From Dehalococcoidia bacterium UBA2777 (GTDB taxonomy: Bacteria > Chloroflexota > Dehalococcoidia > UBA2247 > UBA2777), in the NCBI GenBank assembly GCA_002352365.1, contig DEIJ01000175.1:22393-46392 (forward strand): a DNA stretch of 24,000 bases, written 5' to 3'. Position numbers and translations under genes: made by a program. The notes beneath the pieces were generated by a model. It saw only the letters and a list, made by a program, of their open reading frames with translations. It was not told the origin of the DNA and did no database searches. How positions within the stretch are numbered: position 1 is the stretch's first letter; each line of letters begins with the position of its first letter. Shown piece after piece: positions 1 through 9,295 of the stretch.

Positions 1-933
1 GTCATAAATGGTATCCTCCTCAGCTAGCCCTTCTGGGTGAGCAGTGAAGTGCTCATAAAGAAACTGTATCACTTGCCTCGCCTCATCTGTCTCTTCCTTT
101 GCCAGATTGGGATTATATACCCGATCAAAAAGGAACTTGTTAAGGACATTGGCTGCCTGTTGTATCGGGGGGCTTAGGGTAATAGATGGCTTCCCTTCCT
201 TCATTGTTTGCCCAGAGCACTCGACGATGTCACACACCATGGTATTAATCCTCTCTGAGTGAGTGCTCCCCAATACATCTATAGCTGAACTAGGCAGATC
301 ATTTTGGGTAATGATGTTGGCTCTTGTGGCATCATCAATATCATGATTTATATAGGCAACGCTATCGGCAATTTTGACTACCTGCCCTTCAAGGGTATCA
401 ACAGCCCCCCACTGGGCCCCCAAAATATCTACTTTTGTCTTGGAATGCTTTAGGATGCCCTCCCTTACCTCCCAAGTAAGATTAAGTCCCCTCCTTCCCC
501 GCTCCAGAAGGTCAACCACCCTCAGGCTTTGCTCATTGTGCCTGAAGCCGAAAGGCGCCAGTTCGTTTAGCACCTCTTCTCCGATGTGCCCGAAGGGAGT
601 ATGCCCTAAGTCGTGGCCTAAGGCGATGGCCTCAATCAAATCCTCGTTAAGATTTAGGGCACGACCTATAGAGCGAGCGATCTGGGAGACCTCCAAGGTA
701 TGGGTAAGGCGAGTCACATAATGATCACCCAGCGGGGCGATGAAAACCTGGGTCTTATGCTTGAGACGGCGGAAAGCCTTAGAGTAAATAATACGATCCC
801 GATCACGCTGAAAAGCAGTGCGCATGGGGCAGGGCTCCTCTGGTTCAAGCCTCCCCCGTGACAGGCGGCTTTTTGCTGCGTAAGGGGAGAGATCCCCCTC
901 CTTTCCCTCTAGCCACTGTCTAATATTAGACAC
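1..933 (-). CDS. dGTPase-like HD-domain triphosphohydrolase (Dgt family-like), partial; C-terminus runs off the left window edge
   Basis: Absent from the ORF track because no stop lies in the window. Manual reverse-complement translation from GTG (933-931) gives 311 uninterrupted codons: VSNIRQWLEGKEGDLSPYAAKSRLSRGRLEPEEPCPMRTAFQRDRDRIIYSKAFRRLKHKTQVFIAPLGDHYVTRLTHTLEVSQIARSIGRALNLNEDLIEAIALGHDLGHTPFGH...LYEHFTAHPEGLAEEDTIYD. An in-frame TGA at 960-958 closes the frame upstream. The FQRDRDRI..S.AFRRL..KTQV and HD (LGHDLGHTPFGH) signatures are typical of dGTPase-like proteins. Confidence 0.85.
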   Translation of the reverse strand, partial: MSNIRQWLEGKEGDLSPYAAKSRLSRGRLEPEEPCPMRTAFQRDRDRIIYSKAFRRLKHKTQVFIAPLGDHYVTRLTHTLEVSQIARSIGRALNLNEDLIEAIALGHDLGHTPFGHIGEEVLNELAPFGFRHNEQSLRVVDLLERGRRGLNLTWEVREGILKHSKTKVDILGAQWGAVDTLEGQVVKIADSVAYINHDIDDATRANIITQNDLPSSAIDVLGSTHSERINTMVCDIVECSGQTMKEGKPSITLSPPIQQAANVLNKFLFDRVYNPNLAKEETDEARQVIQFLYEHFTAHPEGLAEEDTIYD

Positions 934-1094
934 AACCCAGACACTGCTTCGGGGCCATCAAGAATTTTCTCCGTGCGCCGCAGCATGATTGAACACATCC
1001 TACCTCTAATATCATCTTACCACAAATCTCACCAATGACAATATGTGTGAAGTGCCCTGAAGAGCAAGTTGCTTAGCTGCCAACATCGAGTGAG

Positions 1095-3362
1095 CTAAAA
1101 GGCAGAAGTGTGGATAGCCAACTTTTCCTCAGCTTTAGCGATTATCTCTCTAGTTCGTTCGATCATATCTGGGCTTACTGAAACCGAAGTAATCCCCCAC
1201 CCCACCAGCTTCTCAGTAAGTTCAGGATAGACTGAAGGTGCCTGCCCACAAATTGAGCTGGTGATGCCTCTTTCCCTGGCAGTGCCAATAATCTGCTCTA
1301 GTGCCCAGAGCACAGCTTCGTCTCGCTCATCAAATTCCTCAGCCAACTTGGGGTTGTCCCGGTCTATCCCTAATATGAGCTGAGTTAGATCATTAGAGCC
1401 GATGGAAATACCGTCAATGCCAACATCGATAAATTTATCCCGCAGGATAATATTAGACGGAACCTCAGCCATCATCCACAGCTTAAAATCTGCTGAGCTG
1501 ACTAACCCTTCGGACTCCAATACCGCCTTAACCTCAACCATCTCTTTTACCGTGTGCACAAAAGGTATCATCACCCACAAATTAGCGAAGTTTTCCCTCA
1601 CTTTCTTTATAGCCTTTATCTCCAGTCCGAAGGCATCGGGTTCCTTAACATAACGGGAACACCCTCTATAGCCTAGCATAGGGTTTTCTTCTATCTCTTC
1701 ATATCCCTCTCCACCTTTAAGGTTGCGGTACTCATTTGTCTTGAAATCGGTGGTCCGGTAGACTACGGGTCTAGGGGCAAAGGCGGAAGCGAAGGTCACT
1801 AGGCCCCGGGCCAGTTTATCTACAAACACTCCACCTCTCCCTTTCTCAAGCATATAGCGGGGATGCTCACCGATATGGGCAACCATGAACTCAGATCGAA
1901 GGAGTCCTACACCATCAACGTCACGAGCAGCCACAGCTGCGGCCAATTCCGGCTCAGCCAGATTAACGTAAACTTTGGTTTTAGTACGTAGCCGCTGTTT
2001 GGTATAAGAGGGAACCTCTATTTTCTCCTTCAGTACCTTGCCTTTATACACCTTGCCAGTTGAGCCATCCACGGTTATCTCTTGCTCCTCCTTGAGTATC
2101 GTGATGGATTCCCCAGTTCCTACTATGCACGGGATGCCCAGTTCTCTGCTCACTATGGCAGCATGGCAGGTTCTGCCACCACGATTGGTAACAATAGCTG
2201 CTGCCCGCTTCATTGCCGGTACAAAATCAGGGGTGGTCATCTCAGCTACAAGCACATCGCCATCTTTCACCTTATCTATCTCAGCAGCCTGATAAACTAT
2301 CTTAACTGGCCCAGCGGCCATACCTGGGCTAGCTGCCAAGCCAGAGAGGATAACCTCGCCTTTAACCCCAGCTTCCACCATCTCAGTGGTTTTCAGAGTG
2401 GTTACCGGACGAGTTTGCACCACGTAGAACTTGCCTCTTTCCTTGGCCCATTCAATATCCTGGGGAAATTGATATAAATCTTCAATTGTCTTGGCCAGAT
2501 TGGCTAAGGCAATGATGTCTACATCGGTTATTTTCTGCTCTGTTTTAGCAAAGGTTGGAACTGGCACCCTAACATTAGTTTGCTCACCCCCCCGACTAGC
2601 CACATTTCTCACTATCTGCCATTCTTGCTTGACAATCCTCTTCTCAAGAATTATCAGCTCATCTTTATTTATTAGGTAAAGATCCGGGGTTATTTCACCT
2701 GCGACGACCGCTTCCCCCAGGCCATAGGCGGCCTCGATGACAATTTTGCTCGTATCATTAGTCATAGGTTCTACAGTAAATATCACTCCAGAAACATCAG
2801 ACTGCACCATCTTTTGCACCGGGACAGCAATGCCGACCTTAAGATGATCGAAGCCATATAAGGCTCGATAGAAAATGGCTCGAGGCTCAAATAGCGAAGC
2901 CCAACAGCCCTTGACTGCAGCTACTACCTCGTCCTCACCCTGAACATTAAGGAAGGTGCGCTGCTGGCCAGCAAAAGAGGCCTCAGGCAAATCCTCAGCA
3001 GTAGCCGAGGAGCGCACTGCTACCAAGCCCCCATCTAATTTACGGTAAGCTTGCTTTATTTGCTCTGCCACCTCGGGGGGCATGGTGGCAGTGCTGATTA
3101 GTTGTTTAATCCGCAAAGCTGTCTTTGCGAGCCCCTCGCCATCTTGAGGATCCAAAGACTCAAGAAACTTTTGTATCTTCCCGCCAAGTTTTCTTTCAGC
3201 TAAAAAGTGAAAATAAACCTCACTAGTCACAATAAAGCCAGGAGGAACAGGAATCTGGGCTCGAGTCAATTCTCCCAGGTTTGCCCCCTTGCCACCAGCA
3301 AGCGGGACATCATCTCTACCCACTTCCTCAAACCAGGCAATGGCTCTCAGTTGTTTGTTCAC
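1095..3362 (-). CDS. ppsA: Phosphoenolpyruvate synthase (pyruvate, water dikinase)
   Basis: The track ORF is 1095..3380. It carries an N-terminal ATP-grasp region (VPLAGGKGANLGEL), a phosphohistidine swivel motif (GGRTCHAAIVSRELGIPCIVG) and a C-terminal PEP-utilising barrel (ISIGSNDLTQL, SICGQAP). I prefer the GTG at 3362 as start: it is preceded by AAGGGAGG (3375-3368) with a 5-nt spacer and gives MNKQLRAIAWFEE. The GTG at 3380 is the alternative. Confidence 0.93.
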   Translation of the reverse strand: MNKQLRAIAWFEEVGRDDVPLAGGKGANLGELTRAQIPVPPGFIVTSEVYFHFLAERKLGGKIQKFLESLDPQDGEGLAKTALRIKQLISTATMPPEVAEQIKQAYRKLDGGLVAVRSSATAEDLPEASFAGQQRTFLNVQGEDEVVAAVKGCWASLFEPRAIFYRALYGFDHLKVGIAVPVQKMVQSDVSGVIFTVEPMTNDTSKIVIEAAYGLGEAVVAGEITPDLYLINKDELIILEKRIVKQEWQIVRNVASRGGEQTNVRVPVPTFAKTEQKITDVDIIALANLAKTIEDLYQFPQDIEWAKERGKFYVVQTRPVTTLKTTEMVEAGVKGEVILSGLAASPGMAAGPVKIVYQAAEIDKVKDGDVLVAEMTTPDFVPAMKRAAAIVTNRGGRTCHAAIVSRELGIPCIVGTGESITILKEEQEITVDGSTGKVYKGKVLKEKIEVPSYTKQRLRTKTKVYVNLAEPELAAAVAARDVDGVGLLRSEFMVAHIGEHPRYMLEKGRGGVFVDKLARGLVTFASAFAPRPVVYRTTDFKTNEYRNLKGGEGYEEIEENPMLGYRGCSRYVKEPDAFGLEIKAIKKVRENFANLWVMIPFVHTVKEMVEVKAVLESEGLVSSADFKLWMMAEVPSNIILRDKFIDVGIDGISIGSNDLTQLILGIDRDNPKLAEEFDERDEAVLWALEQIIGTARERGITSSICGQAPSVYPELTEKLVGWGITSVSVSPDMIERTREIIAKAEEKLAIHTSAF

Positions 3363-3445
3363 TATGGCCTCCCTTGTCACCGAATTGCCCCCAAAAGAGA
3401 TACATCCCCGACAAGGTGTGCTTCGCCACCCACTTTTGGATTGAT

Positions 3446-4351
3446 TTAGTCGCTGTTCAGTTTTATCGGCAAATCGATGGGGTAATTTTTAAGTGTAGAC
3501 TCTATCAACGCAATTGATTTCTCATCCGGCTCAGTAAGGGGCAAACGAGGCTTGCCTACCGGGAAACCTAAAAAATTTAGAGCATGTTTTAGCGGGATGG
3601 GGTTAGAAACTATAAATAGGGCATTGACCAAAGGTAACAGATGGCGATAAATCTGGGCTGCCTCATCTGCTTTCCCGCTAAGAAATTTCTCCATCATTTC
3701 CCTGATCTGATTTCCCACAAGATGCGAAGCAACGCTAACTACTCCATAACCCCCCAAGGCTAAAATAGGTAAAGTGTCGCTGTCATTGCCACTATAAACC
3801 AAGAAATCTCGGCTGGCGCCTTCAATGATCTTAGCTATCTGATCTAAATTACCGCTAGCTTCCTTTATACCTATGATGTTATCGATTTGGCTCAACTTGA
3901 TAACACACTCTGCGGAGAGGTTAACTGCGGTTCTGCTCGGTACGTTATATAACAAGCAGGGCAGGCTGGTATTTTCAGCAATCGATTTAAAATGCCAAAA
4001 TAGGCCCTCCTCAATCGGTTTATTGTAGTAAGGAACCACAAGCAGGGTGGCATCGGCGCCAGCTTTCTCAGCCTCTTTGGTTAGTCCAATGCTCTCCTCG
4101 GTATTGCAGCTTCCTGTACCCGCTACCAGCGTCGCTCGAGCACCAGTAACCGATTTCACCTCAGCGAAAAGACGAAGCTTCTCTCCCTTGGTCAAGGTTG
4201 GAGACTCACCGGTGGTGCCAGAGACTACCACCCCTTGACTCCCTGAGTCGAGTAAAGCTGAGGCTAGCTTCTTTGCCTGGGAATAATCCACCTCTCCTTG
4301 CTCATCGAAGGGAGTTGCCATAGCGGTCAGCAGACGGCCTAACTCTTTCAT
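3446..4351 (-). CDS. dapA: 4-hydroxy-tetrahydrodipicolinate synthase
   Basis: 301 aa. Shows MATPFDEQGEVDY, VVSGTTGESPTLT and the Schiff-base lysine context IIGIKEASGN, which are classic DapA features. It sits 3 nt downstream of asd. Confidence 0.93.
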   Translation of the reverse strand: MKELGRLLTAMATPFDEQGEVDYSQAKKLASALLDSGSQGVVVSGTTGESPTLTKGEKLRLFAEVKSVTGARATLVAGTGSCNTEESIGLTKEAEKAGADATLLVVPYYNKPIEEGLFWHFKSIAENTSLPCLLYNVPSRTAVNLSAECVIKLSQIDNIIGIKEASGNLDQIAKIIEGASRDFLVYSGNDSDTLPILALGGYGVVSVASHLVGNQIREMMEKFLSGKADEAAQIYRHLLPLVNALFIVSNPIPLKHALNFLGFPVGKPRLPLTEPDEKSIALIESTLKNYPIDLPIKLNSD

Positions 4352-4354
4352 TTA

Positions 4355-5368
4355 TTATAACCAACCTCGGTGAATCAATTCCTCAGCTATCTGAATTGCA
4401 TTGAGGGCAGCTCCTTTGCGCAGATTATCAGCTACAATCCACATAGCTAACCCATTGGGATGAGAAGTATCCCGGCGAATCCGCCCCACAAAAACCCCAT
4501 CTTTCCCTGCCGCCGCCCAGGGTTGGGGATAGAGGCTAGCACTGACATCATCTATCACCTCGATCCCGGGAGCCTGGCTGAGGATACGCCTCGCCTCATT
4601 GGGAGAAATAGGTTGAGAGAATTCCACATGGACTGCTTCGCTATGCCCAATATATACTGGTACTCGCACACAGGTAGCCGAAATGGCCAAATCTGAGGCG
4701 TGCATGATCTTCCGCGCCTCTTCCGCCAGCTTCCTCTCCTCCTTAGTATAGCCATCATCAAGGAACACATCGATCTCGGGCAGGAGGTTGAAGGCAATTT
4801 GGTGGGGATAGACCTGGGGGGTAGTTCCTTTCCCATCAAGAATGAGATTGGTTTGATAGGTCAACTCCTCCACAGCAGCTGTTCCTGTTCCCGATACAGA
4901 TTGATAGGTGGAAACCACAATCCGCTTAATAGGATTGACTTTATGTAGGGGGTAGAGTACAACTACCATTTGAATAGTAGAACAGTTTGGGTTGGCGATG
5001 ATGCCCTTATGAGAGAGTATATCTTCAGGATTAATCTCAGGCACCACTAAGGGGACTTCAGGGGTCATCCTAAAGGCAGCACTATTATCAATAACTACCG
5101 TCCCTTGCGCAGCAGCTAGGGGAGAAAAGCAGCAGCTAATCTCGGTGCCTGCTGAGAACAGGGCAATATCCACCCGCTCGAAGGACTGAGGGGTAGTTTC
5201 CCGCACCTCTATTTCCTGATGATTAAAGAATAGCTTTCTCCCTGCGGAGCGATCCGAGGCATAAAGTTGAATCTCCTCTATAGGGAAATGGCGTTGCTCC
5301 AATATTCGGATGAACTCTCTGCCTACTAGCCCGGTTGCCCCCACAATAGCCATGTTGAATCGTTTCAT
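4355..5368 (-). CDS. asd: Aspartate-semialdehyde dehydrogenase
   Basis: 337 aa. Has a Rossmann motif (IVGATGLVGRE) and the active-site cysteine context (IANPNCSTIQMV). The second Met (MAIVGATG, start 5353) is an alternative start. Confidence 0.93.
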   Translation of the reverse strand: MKRFNMAIVGATGLVGREFIRILEQRHFPIEEIQLYASDRSAGRKLFFNHQEIEVRETTPQSFERVDIALFSAGTEISCCFSPLAAAQGTVVIDNSAAFRMTPEVPLVVPEINPEDILSHKGIIANPNCSTIQMVVVLYPLHKVNPIKRIVVSTYQSVSGTGTAAVEELTYQTNLILDGKGTTPQVYPHQIAFNLLPEIDVFLDDGYTKEERKLAEEARKIMHASDLAISATCVRVPVYIGHSEAVHVEFSQPISPNEARRILSQAPGIEVIDDVSASLYPQPWAAAGKDGVFVGRIRRDTSHPNGLAMWIVADNLRKGAALNAIQIAEELIHRGWL

Positions 5369-5372
5369 CTTT

Positions 5373-6173
5373 TTACAAACCTAATAAAGCGTCCAATCCA
5401 TAGACCAAGCCGTTGAGTTTGATTACCTTTTTGATTGCCAAAAGCACGCCGGGTATATAACATTCTCGGCTAATAGCGTCATGGCGAATGGTAAGTGTCT
5501 GCCCCGCTGCTCCCAAGATTACCTGTTGATGGGCAAGAAGCCCGGGCAGGCGCACACTATGAATGGCAATGCCCTCCATTTGGCCTCCCCGAGCACCGCT
5601 GAGCATCTCTTTCTGTTCCCCACTATTAAAGAAGGGCTTGCCTCGGGAGTGGAGCATCGCTTTGGCAGTTGCCAAGGCAGTGCCTGAAGGAGCATCCAGC
5701 TTTTGTTCATGGTGCATCTCAATGATTTCGGCCCAATCGAAGAACTTTGCTGCTACTTCGGCCAAATGGGTCATTATCACTGCCCCTAAGGCAAAATTGG
5801 GGGCTATTACCACCCCCACTCCATTAACCTTGGCTAGTCTATCAATGTCGCTGATATCCGAAGCTGTGAGCCCAGTAGTCCCAATGACTAGATTAACCCT
5901 ATGCCTAGCAGCGACAGGCACCACAGACCGCGTAGCTTCAGCTACTGTGAAATCCACTAGAACCTCAGGCTTACAGCAGTCAAGGATATATTCTACATCC
6001 GATGAAAACGGAACTCCGGTGTCCCCTTGGGGTAGAAGCAGGTGGTCCTCACCTACTTCTCGTTCTACTGCCCCCACTACCTCTAACTCAGGATCGGAGC
6101 ACAAGGCACGAGTTACCTCTTGCCCCATCCGCCCCAAGATACCATGAACCACTACTCTTATTGGCTCTACCAT
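5373..6173 (-). CDS. dapB: 4-hydroxy-tetrahydrodipicolinate reductase
   Basis: 266 aa. Has an N-terminal GxxGxxG (HGILGRMGQEV) and the DapB signature EMHHEQKLDAPSGTA. A GGTGAT SD-like sequence lies 8 nt upstream of the ATG. Confidence 0.9.
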   Translation of the reverse strand: MVEPIRVVVHGILGRMGQEVTRALCSDPELEVVGAVEREVGEDHLLLPQGDTGVPFSSDVEYILDCCKPEVLVDFTVAEATRSVVPVAARHRVNLVIGTTGLTASDISDIDRLAKVNGVGVVIAPNFALGAVIMTHLAEVAAKFFDWAEIIEMHHEQKLDAPSGTALATAKAMLHSRGKPFFNSGEQKEMLSGARGGQMEGIAIHSVRLPGLLAHQQVILGAAGQTLTIRHDAISRECYIPGVLLAIKKVIKLNGLVYGLDALLGL

Positions 6174-6213
6174 TGTAAAACATCACCACAAAAGTGTTTA
6201 TAATCAACTCAGG

Positions 6214-6234
6214 AAAACCGGTGACTTTCTCACC
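6214..6234 (-). terminator. Weak hairpin plus U-run between pnp and dapB (possible attenuating terminator)
   Basis: On the minus strand the sequence reads GGUGA-GAAAG-UCACC followed by GGUUUUCC. The stem is only 5 bp and the U run only 4 nt. Confidence 0.2.
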
Positions 6235-6260
6235 TCCGCCGAACGAAATTGAAGATTCTC

Positions 6261-8450
6261 TTAGCCCTGACGGGGATACCTCTTGTTACTCAGGGAAGCA
6301 TTAGTATCGTGTTGGGATGGCTTCCCAGCAGCAGATGAAGAGTCATTTACCCTTGCCCCCCTACCACCTGACCGAGAAAGCCCCTGAAATACAGCACGCC
6401 GAGAGAGACTCATCCTTCCCTGGGGATCTATCTCGGTGACCATGACCATGATCTCATCGCCTACTTTGACTACTTCCTCTACGCGAGGAACTCGATAATC
6501 AGCTAGCTCACTAATATGAACTAACCCTCCCTTGCCGGGAAGAATCTCCACCAATGCTCCGTAGCCAAATAGGCGGGTCACTTTTCCGGTGTAGATATTA
6601 CCCACCTTCACTTCGGCAGTCAAGGCCTCAATCATCTTTATCGCCTTTTGCGCTGCCTCTTCACTCATCGAGCTGATAAACACCGTACCATCATTTTCAA
6701 CATCTACACTGGCTTTGGTCTGTTCAACGATAGATTTTATCATCTTGCCCCCGGGGCCAATAACACTTCCGATCTTGCTGGGATCAATATGTATCTTGAC
6801 TATCCGAGGGGCATACTTGCTCAGCTCAAGGCGGTTAGAGGCAATAGTTTGCTGCATTTGGGCCAGGATAGCTAAGCGAGCTTCCCGAGCCTGGCTTAAA
6901 GCTTGGGCGATAACTTCACAGCTTAGGCTATTAAGCTTAATATCTAGCTGTACTGCTGTCACCCCAGCAGCACTGCCGGCTATTTTGAAGTCCATATCGC
7001 CATAGGCATCCTCCATACCTTCAATGTCGGTGGGCAAAGCAAATTTGCCCTCACCACTGACTAGGCCTATAGCTACCCCGGCCACCGGCGCTTTAATAGG
7101 CACCCCAGCATCCATCAACGATAAACTGCTGGCACAAATGGAGGCCATTGAGGTACTACCATTAGAGCTAAGCACCTCAGAGACCAGCCGAATAGTGTAC
7201 GGGAAATCTTTCTCTCCAGGAATTACCGGGGCTATAGCCCGCTCTACTAAAGCCCCATGCCCGATTTCACGACGTCCGGGGGTGCTGAGGCGTTTCACCT
7301 CCCCAGTAGAGAAGGGAGGAAAGTTGTAGTGATGCATAAAGCGCTTGCTCTCCTCCAGACTAAGCCCATCTAGTGGCTGTTCTTCTCCTGCTGAGCCCAA
7401 AGTGGTAATAGTTAGAACTTGAGTCTGCCCTCGAGTAAATAGGGCAGAGCCGTGAGTGCGAGGTAGAAGCCCTACTTCAGAGCTAATGGGGCGGATTTCG
7501 GTCAAACCACGACCACCAGGGCGGATACCTTCGGCCAAGATTCTGCCTCTTAGTTCTGCCTTCACCTTCGACTCAAACAGAGGAATAATCTCCTGAGGCG
7601 AATATCTTTCCCCCAAATTTTTAATTAATTCTTCTTTTAGGGCTGATAGTGCTTCTCTATGTTCAGGTCCCTTCCTAGCCAGTGACTCGGCAATCCTTCC
7701 GCCGAGAGTAGCTGAAATGATTGCCTCCAGCTCAGGCTCAACCTCACCATCGGCCTTGTACTCCATTTTAGGCTTGCCACAGGCTTGCTGTAGTTGCTCC
7801 TCTAGTTGGATAACCTCTTGATTTGCTTCCTGCCCCAGTTTGAGTGCCGCCAGGATAATTTCCTCCGGCGCTTCTTTAGCCCCTGCTTCTACCATCACTA
7901 CTGCTTGTGAGGTTGAGACAACCACTAGATCAATGAGACTGTCCTGAAGTTGGCTAAAGGTGGGATTTATCACCAATTCACCATCAAGATAGCCAACGCG
8001 AACTGCTCCTACTGGTCCATTGAAAGGAATCTCGGATATGGATAAAGCAGCGGAGGCACTTACAATGGCTAGCGTCTCAGGAGAGTTCTCCTGGTCTGCA
8101 GAGAGCACGGTGATCACCACCTGCACCTCGTGGCGAAAACCTTTCGGAAAGAGAGGCCGAAGACAACGATCGGTAAGTCGGCTAGCCAAGATCGCCTCTT
8201 GGCTGGGGCGCCCTTCTCTTCTAAGGAATCCTCCAGGGATCTTGCCCGCAGCATAAAGCCTCTCCTCATAGTCCACAGTTAGGGGAAGAAAATCACCTCC
8301 CTCCCGCGGCTCTTTGCTAACACAAACGGTAGCCAGGACCACAGTGTCACCATAGCGGACAGTCACTGCACCATTTGCCTGCTCGGCAAGATTCCTTGTC
8401 TCGATAATGAATCTCCTTCCCCCAAGCATACCCTCAACTCTATGACTCAT
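6261..8450 (-). CDS. pnp: Polyribonucleotide nucleotidyltransferase (PNPase)
   Basis: The track ORF is 6261..8468. It has two RNase PH-like halves, a KH domain (IGPGGKMIKSI) and an S1 domain (GKVTRLFGYGALVEILPGKGGLVHISEL). A Ser/Gly/Arg-rich tail of about 45 aa follows S1. The ATG at 8450 (MSHRVEGMLGGRRFIIETRNLAEQANGAV) has a GGAGGG about 10 nt upstream. The ATG at 8468 is the alternative. Confidence 0.93.
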   Translation of the reverse strand: MSHRVEGMLGGRRFIIETRNLAEQANGAVTVRYGDTVVLATVCVSKEPREGGDFLPLTVDYEERLYAAGKIPGGFLRREGRPSQEAILASRLTDRCLRPLFPKGFRHEVQVVITVLSADQENSPETLAIVSASAALSISEIPFNGPVGAVRVGYLDGELVINPTFSQLQDSLIDLVVVSTSQAVVMVEAGAKEAPEEIILAALKLGQEANQEVIQLEEQLQQACGKPKMEYKADGEVEPELEAIISATLGGRIAESLARKGPEHREALSALKEELIKNLGERYSPQEIIPLFESKVKAELRGRILAEGIRPGGRGLTEIRPISSEVGLLPRTHGSALFTRGQTQVLTITTLGSAGEEQPLDGLSLEESKRFMHHYNFPPFSTGEVKRLSTPGRREIGHGALVERAIAPVIPGEKDFPYTIRLVSEVLSSNGSTSMASICASSLSLMDAGVPIKAPVAGVAIGLVSGEGKFALPTDIEGMEDAYGDMDFKIAGSAAGVTAVQLDIKLNSLSCEVIAQALSQAREARLAILAQMQQTIASNRLELSKYAPRIVKIHIDPSKIGSVIGPGGKMIKSIVEQTKASVDVENDGTVFISSMSEEAAQKAIKMIEALTAEVKVGNIYTGKVTRLFGYGALVEILPGKGGLVHISELADYRVPRVEEVVKVGDEIMVMVTEIDPQGRMSLSRRAVFQGLSRSGGRGARVNDSSSAAGKPSQHDTNASLSNKRYPRQG

Positions 8451-8483
8451 AATAAACCAGCCCTCCATACCTTGCGTTACTAC

Positions 8484-8747
8484 TTATTTTCGTAAATTGA
8501 GCTCTCTTATAAGAGCACGATACCGCGCCGCATCCTCACGATTTAGATAGGTTAACAACCTTTTTCGTCGCCCCACAAGTTTGAGAAGCCCACGCTGACA
8601 GTGATAATCATGACGATGTGCCTTTAAGTGCTCCGTTAGCTCATTTATCCTCTCACTGAGAAGGGCAACTTGCACTTCAGTAGAGCCAGTATCTGTCTGG
8701 TGGATTTTAAACCGCTCCAAAATCTCCCCTTTTTTCTCTTTCTCCAT
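8484..8747 (-). CDS. rpsO: 30S ribosomal protein S15
   Basis: [68 protein letters not shown] matches the S15 pattern. The ATG at 8747 is preceded by AAGAGGAAAGGGG. The track's 18-codon N-terminal extension to 8801 is likely spurious, since it overlaps the putative promoter. Confidence 0.93.
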   Translation of the reverse strand: MEKEKKGEILERFKIHQTDTGSTEVQVALLSERINELTEHLKAHRHDYHCQRGLLKLVGRRKRLLTYLNREDAARYRALIRELNLRK

Positions 8748-8775
8748 TATAGCCCCTTTCCTCTTTACAAATCGA

Positions 8776-8784
8776 ATTATAACA
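8776..8784 (-). promoter_or_regulatory. Extended -10 promoter candidate (TGTTATAAT) for rpsO-pnp
   Basis: The minus strand reads TGtTATAAT, which is the TGnTATAAT consensus. It lies in the 59-nt spacer between the Zn-ribbon gene stop (8807) and the rpsO ATG (8747). There is no good -35, as is usual for extended -10 promoters. Confidence 0.3.
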
Positions 8785-8806
8785 TAAATTAAGGGTACCA
8801 ATCAGC

Positions 8807-9295
8807 TCAGAGACGAGTAATAGCAATAAAGATGCCCAACCCCAACGCCAATAGATCGTAAAGGCTAAAGTGAAGAGCAAAAGCAACTATCTCAGGAGAG
8901 AGATAGATACCACTTACCAAATAACACAAAATCAAGCTAATGCCGGCGATAACTTGTAGGCCTAACCCACGCTTGCGATTAGCCGAGAGGCTGATTACCT
9001 CTCCTATAGCATAACCTGCCCCGGCGGCTAAAAGAAGATTGAAGTAGAAGAAGGGGAGAATTTGCCATAACATTCCCCATACAACTCCAATGGCCAAAGC
9101 CATCCCTAGCCCCACTCCAGCGGCTTTAAGGAATTGAGGGAGGGCAACTTCATAAGTGGGCAAGCACCTCAAGTTAGCACACTCATGACACCGAGCCCCC
9201 ACCGGGGTTTGCACCAAGCATTGAGGACAAATAAGCTTGCCGCACTTCCCACAGCTCAGGTTAGTTTCTACCCCAGGATGTGTAGCGCATCTCAT
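8807..9295 (-). CDS. Uncharacterised membrane protein with an N-terminal B-box/zinc-ribbon-like Cys cluster and 4 predicted TM helices
   Basis: 162 aa. The N-terminus is MRCATHPGVETNLSCGKCGKLICPQCLVQTPVGARCHECANL, with pattern C..H, CxxC, CxxC, CxxC. Four hydrophobic segments follow (VGLGMALAIGVVWGMLW, LLLAAGAGYAIGEVI, VIAGISLILCYLVSGIYL, LLALGLGIFIAI). No SD is recognisable upstream. Confidence 0.7.
   Translation of the reverse strand: MRCATHPGVETNLSCGKCGKLICPQCLVQTPVGARCHECANLRCLPTYEVALPQFLKAAGVGLGMALAIGVVWGMLWQILPFFYFNLLLAAGAGYAIGEVISLSANRKRGLGLQVIAGISLILCYLVSGIYLSPEIVAFALHFSLYDLLALGLGIFIAITRL

Noticed and set aside
374-721. 115-aa plus-strand ORF from the track
   Set aside because: It lies entirely antisense to the uninterrupted dGTPase-like frame, which has clear HD-domain motifs. 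It has no motifs of its own and is a shadow ORF.
5563-6147. 194-aa plus-strand ORF antisense to dapB
   Set aside because: Its composition is rich in Ser, Ala, Pro and Thr, typical of the antisense frame of a real gene, and dapB on the opposite strand has diagnostic motifs. The same reasoning applies to other track ORFs nested in or antisense to ppsA, asd, pnp, purL, the OYE-like gene, the histidine kinase and ileS, such as 2082-2477, 4555-4839, 7024-7329, 13988-14275, 15813-16226, 16931-17242 and 17410-17742.
6174-6260. Lysine riboswitch (L-box) expected near the dapB-asd-dapA cluster
   Set aside because: The spacers upstream of dapB (87 nt) and between the dap genes (3-4 nt) are too short for an L-box of about 180 nt, and no L-box core sequences were seen.
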